DNA of 34,649 nucleotides from a virus. Taxonomy: Duplodnaviria > Caudoviricetes. Shown here piece by piece: positions 8,355-19,072 of this stretch. The stretch is from positions 1 to 34,649 of IMG/VR virus record IMGVR_UViG_3300020432_000399; one strand, written 5' to 3'. Position 1 is the stretch's first letter, and the number at the start of each line of letters is the position of its first letter. A model generated the notes under the pieces. It was not told where the DNA came from. It worked only from the letters and a program-made list of their open reading frames with translations, and ran no database searches. The translations under genes were made by a program, and so were the position numbers.

Positions 8355-9721
8355 TAAATCATTTTCCATTCTTTATAAGGTATCATAGACGAACTATGGG
8401 TGTTTGTAAAGGACTCAGGGTAGAACACTTTACTATTAGGTTGATTTATGTCTAGGAATGCAGACCAAAAACTAAACGTAGACACATGAAGTATATGATA
8501 CTCACATTCTACCATCATTTGAAGTGATTGAAAAGAGTTCGACTCTACACATGAAAATTTTTGCGGGAAATTTTTTTGGAACCAATGTAATTTCTCTCTT
8601 GATTTTGAAAGATCATCAGAGAAAATATACACATGTACGTCCTCTGGTATGTATTTGAAACACTCTATGTAGAATGAATCATCAACATATCCATTGACAT
8701 GATCGTCAGCAGGACGAGTGCAGAATCTTAGATGCAATGATGCAGTTTTTTTAGTAGTGGTCTTTGTGATGCTTAGTGTATCTTTTACATGCTCCAACTC
8801 ATCAATTCTACCAAATCTAAACATATCATTTATCATAAACTTAGTATCAAAGTGTGCGAATAGATCATCTCTCCAATCTAAGTTTGGAAATGTTTTTTGA
8901 ATATCTTCGTCTGTACCATCATGTCCTCCAAGTAATCTGTCTGCATTATATGATGGAGGATACTTACCACCACCATTCCATAGATCCCATGTACCAAAGA
9001 AAGGATCGGGTAAATTATATTTCTTACAGAAGGATATTGTCTCTCCCATTTGAAATAAATTGTTTCCTAATCCACCATGAAGAGTTGTAGATATTTCCCA
9101 ACTATTAAAGTTGACAGGAATCAATGGTTTCAGTTGTATATCAATATCAACATTTGATAGTACATCAGTTCTATAATATATGTCACTAAAAAATTTTGGT
9201 GCATCAACAATTATGAAATTATCAGGAAATATATCTCGCATATTATCTGCGATCTGATAGTATTCATCCCAATATTTTTCTGTTGCTTCAAACTCATCTT
9301 TACTGTCACTTAGATTTGGAAACTGTTGAACTGCATATCGGTTATGATCCAGACCTATTTCTCTATCTTTTACATAGCAGGGATTATTATACCCCCATGA
9401 TACTGCTAGTGATTTAATTGAGTGTTCTCTCTGTCCCTTGAAGCACAAAAACTTCATATCTGGATGAAGCATCATAAACTCTGGCACATAATTCAAATAT
9501 GAGTGAGTTATATTTGTTGTGGTATCATGTAGTGAAACTCTTCTGAGTTTTTCCTCGTCAGTGAGTTCTTCAATATTCCAAATCAAACCATCATCATTCC
9601 AAGTTTGAAAACTATTCTGGTATTTCGGACCACCACCTTTATACCTCAAAGGTATTTCATCCTTTAAAAGAAAATGTAATCTTAGAAAACCACATGCACC
9701 AGAACCAATAATATGAAACAT
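8354..9721 (-). CDS. Fusion protein: degenerate sulfotransferase-like N-domain plus GT11 (alpha-1,2-fucosyltransferase-like) C-domain
   Basis: C-half has GGLGNNLFQ, SLHLR, IFSDD and STFSFWSAFL. N-half has a P-loop-like IIGSGACG and KFLCFKGQREHSIKS. Confidence 0.72.
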   Translation of the reverse strand: MFHIIGSGACGFLRLHFLLKDEIPLRYKGGGPKYQNSFQTWNDDGLIWNIEELTDEEKLRRVSLHDTTTNITHSYLNYVPEFMMLHPDMKFLCFKGQREHSIKSLAVSWGYNNPCYVKDREIGLDHNRYAVQQFPNLSDSKDEFEATEKYWDEYYQIADNMRDIFPDNFIIVDAPKFFSDIYYRTDVLSNVDIDIQLKPLIPVNFNSWEISTTLHGGLGNNLFQMGETISFCKKYNLPDPFFGTWDLWNGGGKYPPSYNADRLLGGHDGTDEDIQKTFPNLDWRDDLFAHFDTKFMINDMFRFGRIDELEHVKDTLSITKTTTKKTASLHLRFCTRPADDHVNGYVDDSFYIECFKYIPEDVHVYIFSDDLSKSREKLHWFQKNFPQKFSCVESNSFQSLQMMVECEYHILHVSTFSFWSAFLDINQPNSKVFYPESFTNTHSSSMIPYKEWKMI

Positions 9722-10368
9722 CAGTATAATAATCCCTCAGATAAAATTATACCTCTTTGTTGCCAAGGTTTACTACAAATATCAAACTTATCTTTATAAT
9801 CATTTCTAATAAGATAAACATTACCATTATGTCTACCTGCGATTCCTGACATACCTAAAAAATCATAACCAAAATCAATACCAAAATCTAATAGTTCTTT
9901 TACAGTTGATCCATTTCGATTATATTTTGTTATCACATCACCATTAGGTTCAACTATGAGAATGATTGGTTTGTATTTACCTAAACTCTTTGCAACATTT
10001 AAATCATCACCATCAACATCTATGGATGCAAGTACAAAATTATTTTCATCGACATCAAACTTACATTTATCAATTACATCTTCTAATGTATTGGAAGAGC
10101 TAATCAATTCTCTGTAACAATTAATATTATCATATCTACTTTCTAAGTCAGCAATATTTAATTTAGATGTTGCTTCAATTAGAATGCCATTATAAGATCC
10201 ATTCGACCATAGATTGGCACAGTTGCTGTCAAAGAAACCATCCCATGCACCTATCTCTAATACAACTCCACTATCTAATTCAAGATGTTTTAGAATATAC
10301 TCATTAATACCATCTTCACCATTTGCGGAATAAACATTTGATGAATGATTGTAGAGTAAATCAATCAT
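9721..10368 (-). CDS. FkbM-like SAM-dependent methyltransferase
   Basis: YSANGEDG, LEIGAWDG..SN, SIDVDGDD motifs. Confidence 0.75.
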   Translation of the reverse strand: MIDLLYNHSSNVYSANGEDGINEYILKHLELDSGVVLEIGAWDGFFDSNCANLWSNGSYNGILIEATSKLNIADLESRYDNINCYRELISSSNTLEDVIDKCKFDVDENNFVLASIDVDGDDLNVAKSLGKYKPIILIVEPNGDVITKYNRNGSTVKELLDFGIDFGYDFLGMSGIAGRHNGNVYLIRNDYKDKFDICSKPWQQRGIILSEGLLY

Positions 10369-11176
10369 ACTTTAATCCTCTGAGTTCATACTCCCAACGG
10401 ACATCCATGTTAATTTTAGGTTTATTATTTTCATCAATAATTTGACCTACAAATATACCATGTTCCATTGGTAAATGATCAGGGAATGGACGACTATCTT
10501 GATCCTCTGGATATATCTCTTTTAATTGTCGATATACATCTTCCTTTAAATAATATTCTAACCCAACACCATATGCTTTACTATGATGAACGTGATCTCC
10601 TAATTGATAAGTTGGTTTACCTATAATCTCAGAGTTCTTCCAATGATCGTGACACACATGATCGTGTTTAATTAACGGCCATAGTTTATCTTGAAGCAGT
10701 GTTTGATCTGCCTCTCTGTAACTAGCATTAACATTATCTAAATCAATCATTCCATATCTATCATGAAATAGTTTATTATTAATACCAAACATACCTGCCA
10801 TGATTGTGAAACCATGATTATGACAATCTCTCAAAAGATGTGCTGATTTATCAGACTCCATCCATTCGTCTACTGCGTTTCTTTCTCTCCAACTTAAACG
10901 ACTATCTGCATCACGACTTATCCAATAGTGAACATCAGGATCATTGAGTGGTCTAAATCTCCAATTCAATCCATCGTAAGAATTTTTATTTTCACATCTT
11001 ACAACTTCTGCACCATAATCTTCTATCTCTTCAATATATTTTTCTGGTACATCTTGGGCAACATAAAACCTTGCAGTCCACTCATGATAGATGACCCTTG
11101 CGATGTTTGCATTTTCTACTGCACCTTGACAATAGAGTGGGTTGTCCCCAAATAAACTAAACGTTATCAGATTCAT
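10361..11176 (-). CDS. Putative glycosyltransferase-like protein (GT-A type)
   Basis: ITFSLFGDNPLY, WRF, SRDADSR and IMAGMFG motifs. Likely start MNLITF at 11176. Confidence 0.6.
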   Translation of the reverse strand: MNLITFSLFGDNPLYCQGAVENANIARVIYHEWTARFYVAQDVPEKYIEEIEDYGAEVVRCENKNSYDGLNWRFRPLNDPDVHYWISRDADSRLSWRERNAVDEWMESDKSAHLLRDCHNHGFTIMAGMFGINNKLFHDRYGMIDLDNVNASYREADQTLLQDKLWPLIKHDHVCHDHWKNSEIIGKPTYQLGDHVHHSKAYGVGLEYYLKEDVYRQLKEIYPEDQDSRPFPDHLPMEHGIFVGQIIDENNKPKINMDVRWEYELRGLKYD

Positions 11177-11756
11177 TCCAAGTCCCATAATAACAATCTG
11201 CACCGTGAAAACCTGGCTCAGATCCACCCTTATAAATCTGACCAAAGTTTCCTAAAACATCTGTAAAAGTTTCGGGAGTGATAAAGTGTGGATGTGCAAC
11301 ATCTGTAACACTACCAATACTCTCAAATACTCTAACAATCTTTGAACTATTCTTTGCTAATTCAAGTTGTTCTTTCGGATCAAAGACATGTTGAACTACG
11401 TTGAAGAACCATGTCTCATCAACCTTCTCTTCAATATCTAAATCTTCATATGGTGCGTCAATAATTTCTACACCAATGTCTTCATAATCTTTTCTAATTT
11501 CTGGTGGCCAACGATCAATTAAAGGTTCAACAACAATACCTCTCTTAAAGTTACCTTTTGTATTCAGAATAGAACCCCTTGGTCCTGCTCCAACTTCTAC
11601 AATTACTTTATCTTTAAAATCTGTTTCATAATCAAAACCAAGATACTTTGCGATTATATTTGAAGCAGTGCTATATGCTTCTAATCTAAGATCTTGATGG
11701 TGACTAAATTCCGCAGACTGTGCTGCTTGCCATCTGTCTACTGCGATTCTACTCAT
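11157..11756 (-). CDS. Class I SAM-dependent methyltransferase
   Basis: IVEVGAGPRG motif I, VEPL motif II, FNVVQHV.DP. Confidence 0.78.
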   Translation of the reverse strand: MSRIAVDRWQAAQSAEFSHHQDLRLEAYSTASNIIAKYLGFDYETDFKDKVIVEVGAGPRGSILNTKGNFKRGIVVEPLIDRWPPEIRKDYEDIGVEIIDAPYEDLDIEEKVDETWFFNVVQHVFDPKEQLELAKNSSKIVRVFESIGSVTDVAHPHFITPETFTDVLGNFGQIYKGGSEPGFHGADCYYGTWNESDNV

Positions 11757-13357
11757 TCAGGTAACTCCCTATCTTCAATGATACGATAATCTTCAAATAC
11801 ACTACTATATCTATTATAGAATATTTTACTATTTTTGTGATGTGATTTTGCATTTATAGGATTTGCTTCTGTAAAATGTTTAATGTCTTTTCGACTTGCG
11901 CCCCATGATGGATCTGATGTAAAATCAATCCAATAGCATCCGCAAACTTTTCCAAGTTCTTTACGCATTCTAAACATTAAATCATGATCGTCAAGTTGTT
12001 GAGGTGCATACTCTTCATCAAGATAATTTAATTTTTTCAAATCATCAAGATCTATCATTAACGGACCTCGATTAGCACTACCTCTGACAGCAAATACATC
12101 TCTTGATAAGTTTCTGCTTTCAGCAACATCAACATTATCAAGTATATCACACCAACAGTTATCTAAATCTTCTTCCATACCCAAATGTTGTGAGTTTGGA
12201 TTTGGCATTAGATTATGTGATGCTCTCGCTGATACAGCAAAGACATCATCAAACTCAATGAAAGGTTTATGCATTCGATTGTTCCACCCTTTCTCATTGA
12301 TAAATTGATCATCTTGAACTATTGTAACATACTTTCCAGTGCATTGCTTGAATGCAATGTTATTTGCTTTGTTTTCAAAAATATTATTAGTATATTTGAT
12401 AATTGTTTTATCTTTCAGAGATGAATTATTTACATATTCAATAACATCTTTCTCTGAATTATCAGTACAACCATCAAGTATAATAATGAGTTCATAACTT
12501 CCCTCTGTATTCTCTTCAATACCAGAAAGTATTTTCTTTATGATACCCTCTTGATTATGAACTGTAAGTACAATACTATCTACAATCTTTTGATTTATGT
12601 AATCAACTTTATCTTTTACTTGAAGCATAAAAGTATCAATAGGTCGATACATTTGCATCTGTCCTTTGAAGTATCTTTCATACCAATAGTCAGCATTACA
12701 TTCTATCAAATTGCGAATGTTAGAATCAACAACCGATAGACCATCACGTATCGCCATGTTTGTTAAAATACTTTGATCATGACGACATGCTTGAAAACCT
12801 TCATCTTCTTTTAGATTAGAAAATCCAGTGAGTTCTCCATTAACTTTTTCATCTAAACACCAACCTAACCATTCTCTTAAAACTTTCTTTGATTCTTCAC
12901 ATACTTTCCAAAAAGTAAACCCTGCTTCTAATTGTTTTGACTCATGGTAATCTTCTTCATCACAATCCATATAAACAAAACAATCTTTCTTTGTCATGTC
13001 TCCATTTCTTGAACCACCAAGTGGTAGAAGACAAGGATCATCTCCCATGACTTCATCAACAAATTCAAAAATATCTGGATGAAAAATATCAAGAGTGTCT
13101 AAGAAAAAAATCTTATCACCCTCTTGAAGGTCTTCCATAGTTTTCAAAATAAAAAATGGTTTCCATGCAAACCAACCATAATTATTCTTTGCAGACATCC
13201 ACTCAGGATATTCTTTATAAAGTTGAGATTCTAATAAGTCAATGTCAGAATATTCAATGTGATTTACATTGCATTCTGATGCTTGTCTTGTTAAAAAATG
13301 TTGCCCTTGTTTATATTTTTTATCACCAAAGGCAACTGTCACTAAATTCCAAGTCAT
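11753..13357 (-). CDS. Two-domain glycosyltransferase (N-terminal GT-like domain plus C-terminal GT2)
   Basis: N-domain has AWKPFFIL, FLDT and RHDQSIL. C-domain has SIVLTVHNQE, IIILDGCTD and VQDD. Confidence 0.78.
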   Translation of the reverse strand: MTWNLVTVAFGDKKYKQGQHFLTRQASECNVNHIEYSDIDLLESQLYKEYPEWMSAKNNYGWFAWKPFFILKTMEDLQEGDKIFFLDTLDIFHPDIFEFVDEVMGDDPCLLPLGGSRNGDMTKKDCFVYMDCDEEDYHESKQLEAGFTFWKVCEESKKVLREWLGWCLDEKVNGELTGFSNLKEDEGFQACRHDQSILTNMAIRDGLSVVDSNIRNLIECNADYWYERYFKGQMQMYRPIDTFMLQVKDKVDYINQKIVDSIVLTVHNQEGIIKKILSGIEENTEGSYELIIILDGCTDNSEKDVIEYVNNSSLKDKTIIKYTNNIFENKANNIAFKQCTGKYVTIVQDDQFINEKGWNNRMHKPFIEFDDVFAVSARASHNLMPNPNSQHLGMEEDLDNCWCDILDNVDVAESRNLSRDVFAVRGSANRGPLMIDLDDLKKLNYLDEEYAPQQLDDHDLMFRMRKELGKVCGCYWIDFTSDPSWGASRKDIKHFTEANPINAKSHHKNSKIFYNRYSSVFEDYRIIEDRELPE

Positions 13358-14332
13358 CTATTCACCTTGTAACCAATTTTTAATTTTATCAAATGTTCTT
13401 CTAATTGGATTCTCATTTTGTGGAGGAATCTCAGGTGTTAATTGTTCTGAGATCCAATCTTCAACCTTGATGGTTGGTTCCCATCCAAGTGTTCCTTTTA
13501 TTCTGCTGATGTGTGCTAATGTTTCTTTTGCTTCACCAGGTCTTGCATCAATATTAACTGTAAAATCAGATATCATTTTTGCAATCTCATTCACTGAATA
13601 GTTTACTCCACAACCTACATTATATACCTGTCCTAATGCACTGTCATCTAGTTCTTTTGTTGCTGCTAATATGTTAGCCTGAACTACATCTTTTACATTC
13701 ACAAAATCTCTTCTTTGTTCTCCATCTCCAACGATAGTAAGTTCTTGATCATTCTCTAACTGTCTTAAAAATATGCCAATCACTGGTGCATACTGTCCTT
13801 TGATTGGTTGTCTATTTCCATACACATTAAAGTATCTAAAAATTACAGTTTCTAATCCGAACAAATCTGTATACATCTTACATAATTTTTCACCATTTAC
13901 TTTTGATACTGAGTATGGATTCAAGCAATCATCAGGTAATGCCTCTACATGAGGTGGTTCTTGTAAACCATATGCAGATGATGTTGATGAGTATACAACT
14001 CTCTTGACACCTGCTTCTCTTGCAAACTGTAACACAGTGCAAGTTCCAAAAGAGTTTATACTAACTGTCTCTGTTGGGTTTTCGATTGATGGTCCGATAC
14101 GTGCTTCGGCAGCGATATGAAACACATAATCTACACCATCATATAAGGATCTTGTTGCATCATCACGAATATCAAGATTATGATATTCTGCTTTATCATT
14201 GTAATAGAATTGTTCGTGAGCATCTGAATACTCATTATCAATTACAATAACTTGATGTCCTTTTTCTATGAGTTGGTCAACAAGATTTGATCCTATAAAT
14301 CCTGCGCCACCTGTAACTAAACTTTTAGTCAT
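13358..14332 (-). CDS. NAD-dependent nucleotide-sugar epimerase/dehydratase (UDP-glucose 4-epimerase-like)
   Basis: GGAGFIG, YSVSK catalytic YxxxK, RYFNVYG. Confidence 0.9.
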   Translation of the reverse strand: MTKSLVTGGAGFIGSNLVDQLIEKGHQVIVIDNEYSDAHEQFYYNDKAEYHNLDIRDDATRSLYDGVDYVFHIAAEARIGPSIENPTETVSINSFGTCTVLQFAREAGVKRVVYSSTSSAYGLQEPPHVEALPDDCLNPYSVSKVNGEKLCKMYTDLFGLETVIFRYFNVYGNRQPIKGQYAPVIGIFLRQLENDQELTIVGDGEQRRDFVNVKDVVQANILAATKELDDSALGQVYNVGCGVNYSVNEIAKMISDFTVNIDARPGEAKETLAHISRIKGTLGWEPTIKVEDWISEQLTPEIPPQNENPIRRTFDKIKNWLQGE

Positions 14333-14715
14333 CCTTCTCCTGCGTAATTCATTTTACAATCTTTAAATCCTTCACCTGTTAATTCGGTGATGTCATTTTT
14401 TATACTCATTCTTACTCTGTTTAAATCTCTTACTTGCACTGCTCTTTTACCAATCTCATCATAACCTAATTCATCATCTAATCCTGCACGGATAGATCCT
14501 TCTGTATCCCAGATTCTACCATTAATATTGTATAAGTCCTTAGATAATTTTAGTAATTGTGTGTTTGTAAAATCTATTCCTTTCTTATAATATTCAAGTT
14601 GATCTTTCATGGAGTCAATATCAATCTGTGTATGATCTAATCTCTCTAATTTTAATTTGCAGATTGTATATCTATCTACAACTTCTGGTAATGGTGTAAT
14701 AATTTGGTCAATCAT
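14329..14715 (-). CDS. Helical hypothetical protein, DUF6165-like
   Basis: EVVDRYTI.KLK…NGRIWDTE…N..R..IKN.I pattern, typical of the small proteins found in glycan clusters. Confidence 0.6.
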   Translation of the reverse strand: MIDQIITPLPEVVDRYTICKLKLERLDHTQIDIDSMKDQLEYYKKGIDFTNTQLLKLSKDLYNINGRIWDTEGSIRAGLDDELGYDEIGKRAVQVRDLNRVRMSIKNDITELTGEGFKDCKMNYAGEG

Positions 14716-14716
14716 A

Positions 14717-15466
14717 TTAGTATTTCAAATACTCAATGTTATCAAAAAGGAAATGATTATCTAGAACCTCATGTTCATTATACCATTCTTTTGATAATAT
14801 GCAAATGCTATTTAAGTTTGGCGAATATTCTTTGAGTGCGGAACTTAAATGTGTACCACCACTATGAAGTGAAACATAACCATATACTGATGATATCAAA
14901 TCACAGTATCGAAAAATATTCTCCACTTCTATATATCCATCAAATTTAATATCGTCACTCAAATCTTTACTGGGGTTAATATCTGCAAATGATACTGATA
15001 CAAATTTGCGATCAGAATATTCATTTTTAATTTGCTCTAAACATTTGATTACATCTTCTTTATTATCACTTACAGTAGTGGATGTAAAATCTACAATGAA
15101 TAGATCCTTTACACCTTTGTCTTTTTCTGGTTCATAGTAAATTTTAGGATACTTATTGATTGGTTTAAGACCATGAAACTTTTCCCAATTAGGGATCATA
15201 TTTCCTGTGCCATTCTCTTCAAGGAAACCATCTTCTCTGTAAGGAATACTTGGTAAGTCACCTGCGTTCCACTCTCCAAATTTTTTACCATGAACATAAG
15301 GATTTTTATCCCATACTAAATCATAGATACCCTCATTTCTAAAAGGTGCATCTGCAACAATATATGTTTTTCTTCCTTGTTGTTTTTCAAACTCTTCTGG
15401 TAAAGTTGAGAACTGCAATGCATCTCCAAGACCACCATGCCAAGCCTTTAAATATACATCACTCAT
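14717..15466 (-). CDS. Putative GT-B glycosyltransferase (GT9/GT11-like)
   Basis: N-terminal GGLGDALQFS and C-terminal SGGTHLSSAL. Confidence 0.55.
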   Translation of the reverse strand: MSDVYLKAWHGGLGDALQFSTLPEEFEKQQGRKTYIVADAPFRNEGIYDLVWDKNPYVHGKKFGEWNAGDLPSIPYREDGFLEENGTGNMIPNWEKFHGLKPINKYPKIYYEPEKDKGVKDLFIVDFTSTTVSDNKEDVIKCLEQIKNEYSDRKFVSVSFADINPSKDLSDDIKFDGYIEVENIFRYCDLISSVYGYVSLHSGGTHLSSALKEYSPNLNSICILSKEWYNEHEVLDNHFLFDNIEYLKY

Positions 15467-16341
15467 ACTCTATTCTTATAGTATTCTTGATTTTCGTAGT
15501 ATTCAATCAATTGTTCTTTTGTTAGAACTTTGAGTTCTTCCCACAACTGATTATTTCTTCGCATGTGTGGATTATGAAACCATGAATTCTGTGTTCTTTG
15601 ATGTTCTAAATGATAAGCATGTTCATCAACTCTTCCTATCTTATATCCAAGAGTTTTCCAACGATGATGTCTCTCTACATCCTCTGGTGCATAGGCAATA
15701 AATCCTTCATTCTCTAAGTAACCATCAATGTATACTTGACGTTTGAAGAATTGAACCATACCATACTCTGCCCAACCTTGTCCCTGTTCACTTTGATAAT
15801 AAAAATAACGATCATCAAAACACTCAGAATCAAAATCATTATTTAAAAAATTAGATACAAAGTCACAGTTTTCAAAGTCATCCATATCTTCTTGGGTTAC
15901 AATTGTGAATCCAAGATTTACTTTTCTCTCACCATGATTACCATAACGATATGGATACACTACATCATAATCACCCTTCAACATTTGAACTGCATTGATG
16001 TAACTGCTATGAGGAAGAATCAAATCAGTGTCATAGTTAACTACAATATCAGTTTTAGATTCCATGACCATATCATTCAGAACTTTTGTGCGATGAAATG
16101 CATCATCAGTTCTTGTTTCTTTTTCAAAGATATGAACAAGATTGCTTGTGTCAACTAATCTTTCAATTATAGGTAAAGCAAAGGTTTCAAAACGACGTTC
16201 TGAATCAACCTCTTTTATCATAACTGTGGTATCAAAATTATGTAAAAGATATGATGTTGATAGAATTACATTACGAAGACGATCTCCTGTGTCAATACGT
16301 AAAGGAATTATAAATGTTGTGTTTTTTAAATCAGTTTTCAT
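15463..16341 (-). CDS. GT2/GT7-like (galactosyltransferase-type) glycosyltransferase
   Basis: TFIIPLR, NYDTD (DxD), ENEGF…EDVER, YHLEH. Confidence 0.8.
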   Translation of the reverse strand: MKTDLKNTTFIIPLRIDTGDRLRNVILSTSYLLHNFDTTVMIKEVDSERRFETFALPIIERLVDTSNLVHIFEKETRTDDAFHRTKVLNDMVMESKTDIVVNYDTDLILPHSSYINAVQMLKGDYDVVYPYRYGNHGERKVNLGFTIVTQEDMDDFENCDFVSNFLNNDFDSECFDDRYFYYQSEQGQGWAEYGMVQFFKRQVYIDGYLENEGFIAYAPEDVERHHRWKTLGYKIGRVDEHAYHLEHQRTQNSWFHNPHMRRNNQLWEELKVLTKEQLIEYYENQEYYKNRV

Positions 16342-17140
16342 CAATCATTCTCCAACTTCTAGGAAATAAATCTATGGTAGTTTTGTTTGCATTATTAGGA
16401 CCAAACCATCTATTAGGATAGACGACCTCCTTATATGGATTCTGACTTAACCATGCACCCCACCATGAAAATGTAGAATTTGCAATGATAAAATCAGCAC
16501 ACTGTGTCATAAGATATAAGTCATGATATGGACTATTTGATTGCGATACAAGAAATCTATCATCATTAAACAACTCCTGTTCAAAACACCACTCAGGATC
16601 ATCAGAAAATATTACAACTTGACGATCTTCATCAAAACAATCTAATCCGTTTTGATAATAACTCATAGGTAAGTTATGATGATTAGCAGAATTAATTAGA
16701 AAATCACCTCTACGAATATGTAATCCAATTGGACTATCAAATTGTTTGAGTATTAATTTACATTCATCAATTATTTCTTTTTTAAATTTAAAATCTTTGA
16801 TGATTTCATCTCGGATATTTAAGAAATATTTTGGTGATTGAAAGAACCCAACTAAACATGAATCATCAGGACAATTATTATACAAATCTTCGTCAAAATG
16901 AAAATGTGCTTCTTGAATATATTCTTTTGTTTTTATAAAACCATAGTGATTACTTTGAATATTAAACGGTTCAAATAATTCAATGCGAAGTATATTACCA
17001 AGACCATCTTTTATTGCTTCATCATGATTTGGAATCATAAAGTCCAAACCACGATTTCTTGCAATGCCTTTTAATGCTGCATATTGAAACATCTGGTTTC
17101 CCAGTTGTCCCATTTTACCAAGATAATTTAATCCAATCAT
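16331..17140 (-). CDS. Glycosyltransferase family 11 (alpha-1,2-fucosyltransferase-like)
   Basis: GQLGNQMFQYA, HIRRGD, FSDD, NSTFSWWGAWL. Confidence 0.92.
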   Translation of the reverse strand: MIGLNYLGKMGQLGNQMFQYAALKGIARNRGLDFMIPNHDEAIKDGLGNILRIELFEPFNIQSNHYGFIKTKEYIQEAHFHFDEDLYNNCPDDSCLVGFFQSPKYFLNIRDEIIKDFKFKKEIIDECKLILKQFDSPIGLHIRRGDFLINSANHHNLPMSYYQNGLDCFDEDRQVVIFSDDPEWCFEQELFNDDRFLVSQSNSPYHDLYLMTQCADFIIANSTFSWWGAWLSQNPYKEVVYPNRWFGPNNANKTTIDLFPRSWRMIDEN

Positions 17141-17957
17141 CGGGAATCAAATCTTTTGTGTCATTGTCTTTAAGAAGTTGCGGACCAAACCAAGGGTCTG
17201 GTGCGATCACAGGATTTTTACGATCCTTTTGCAACCATGCACCCCACCAACTTAATGTGCTTGGGGATATTATAGCACCATCACACTGACTCATCAAGCA
17301 TAAGTCAACATATGGAACAAAAGACTTACGATATACTCCATCTCCTTCCATACATTCATGATTATATTGTTCAACTTCTTCATTGATAAAGAATCTTGCG
17401 TCCTCAAAAAAGTCTTGTTTTTTACACCATTCAACATCATCACTTACAACTAAAACTTTTGAATCTGAATCAAAATGTTCTAATGCTTTTTCATAGTAAT
17501 CAAATGTAGGAACAGGATGTAGATGTTCTCTTCCTACATTATCTCCACGACGAACATGTAAGAATATAAGTTTATCATGTAAGCATGTAAACTCTAAACA
17601 TGGTTCTCGAATATCATCTACAAATTCAAAGTCTTCTTTGATTTCTTTTTCGATATGTTTGAAATATTTTTCACTCTGTAAATATCCATCTATATTAGTA
17701 TTATCCTCACAATTATTAAATAAATCTTCATCAAAATGAAAATGAGATTCCCACCTTGTCTTATAAGGAACCTCGTCAATGTGTTTTAGATGATGTAATT
17801 TAAATGGATCATGCATTCCATAGTTTGCAGTTCGTGTTCCGTCTGGTGGAATACAAAAATCATAACCATGTTTAGCTGCGATGCCACGAAGAGAAGCATA
17901 CTGAAAGAGTTGATTACCAAATCTTCCATTGATACCTAATCTATTATAACCAATCAT
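17115..17957 (-). CDS. Glycosyltransferase family 11 (alpha-1,2-fucosyltransferase-like)
   Basis: GRFGNQLFQYA, HVRRGD, STLSWWGAWL. Confidence 0.92.
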   Translation of the reverse strand: MIGYNRLGINGRFGNQLFQYASLRGIAAKHGYDFCIPPDGTRTANYGMHDPFKLHHLKHIDEVPYKTRWESHFHFDEDLFNNCEDNTNIDGYLQSEKYFKHIEKEIKEDFEFVDDIREPCLEFTCLHDKLIFLHVRRGDNVGREHLHPVPTFDYYEKALEHFDSDSKVLVVSDDVEWCKKQDFFEDARFFINEEVEQYNHECMEGDGVYRKSFVPYVDLCLMSQCDGAIISPSTLSWWGAWLQKDRKNPVIAPDPWFGPQLLKDNDTKDLIPDDWIKLSW

Positions 17958-19072
17958 AATTTAATTTCAAAAACCTCTTTGGTTGGTTCTTCATAAACGA
18001 TTCTCGGATCACATTGATCTTTGAGTGAAGAGTCAGAACAATACACTATATATCCCTCATTTAAAAGATCTAAACATAGACGATATTGTTGACTTTCAGT
18101 AAGGATATCAGTCTTTGGTTTGTATGTCAAATAACTGAAAAGGAATGGTAATTTTTTCTTGTTCTTGTTGATAAAATATTCCTTCAAAAATGTTGCATGA
18201 TCTTCATTAAATGCATCTGTAACCTCACCAATATTATGACTCACACCCACTTTACTTGCGTATGATGCAAAGGCACGATTGTCTCTTGGAAAACAAGGAC
18301 CACCAAATCCAAAACCGTATCTCATATATTTCTTACCGATACGATCATCAGAACCAATCGACATCAATACATTATCAATCTCATCTTCCATACCAGATAG
18401 TGTAAGAACCTCACCTAACATATTGGCATAACTAATCTTCGTGGTGAGAAAACAATTGACAGCAATCTTAGTAACTTCTGCTGCTTTTGTACTCATAAAA
18501 TAAATTGAAGGACTGATAAATCCCATCTGTATTTTTTCATACATCTGTTCGAGTTCTGCCTTATGATTTCCATCTCCACCAATCAATACCATGTCGGCAT
18601 TTTGTAAGTCTCTGATTATAGAACCTTGTGCAATAAACTCTGGGTTGTAAAATATATCAATACCAGTATCTTTAAGTGCTTCTTGGAAGTCATTACAATC
18701 ACCAGGATTTGTGGTACAACCAACAACTAATGATTTTTCGTCAAGTAATATAGGAATATCTTTGAAGTCATTTATAACTTTCCATACTGCACTTACATCA
18801 TAACTTCCATCTGCAAGTGAGGGTGTTGCAACCAGAGTGAATATCAAATCACACTCTGATATTACTCTTAGATTATCAGTTGTAAATTCAATATTCTTTG
18901 CATTAGAAAGATACTGTTGAACTTCGGGTTCAGCAGTATCAATGATACCTTTCTTTAAATTTGTAATGTAATCTACACGATTATCAGACGCAAGGACTTC
19001 ATACCCTGCTTTCTCAATCAATAGAGCAAGGCAGATTCCTAATCTACCTGCTCCGATTAATCCAATTTTCAT
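17954..19072 (-). CDS. ugd: UDP-glucose/GDP-mannose 6-dehydrogenase family protein
   Basis: GAGRLG, YNPEFIAQG, catalytic GFGGPCFPRD. Confidence 0.88.
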   Translation of the reverse strand: MKIGLIGAGRLGICLALLIEKAGYEVLASDNRVDYITNLKKGIIDTAEPEVQQYLSNAKNIEFTTDNLRVISECDLIFTLVATPSLADGSYDVSAVWKVINDFKDIPILLDEKSLVVGCTTNPGDCNDFQEALKDTGIDIFYNPEFIAQGSIIRDLQNADMVLIGGDGNHKAELEQMYEKIQMGFISPSIYFMSTKAAEVTKIAVNCFLTTKISYANMLGEVLTLSGMEDEIDNVLMSIGSDDRIGKKYMRYGFGFGGPCFPRDNRAFASYASKVGVSHNIGEVTDAFNEDHATFLKEYFINKNKKKLPFLFSYLTYKPKTDILTESQQYRLCLDLLNEGYIVYCSDSSLKDQCDPRIVYEEPTKEVFEIKL

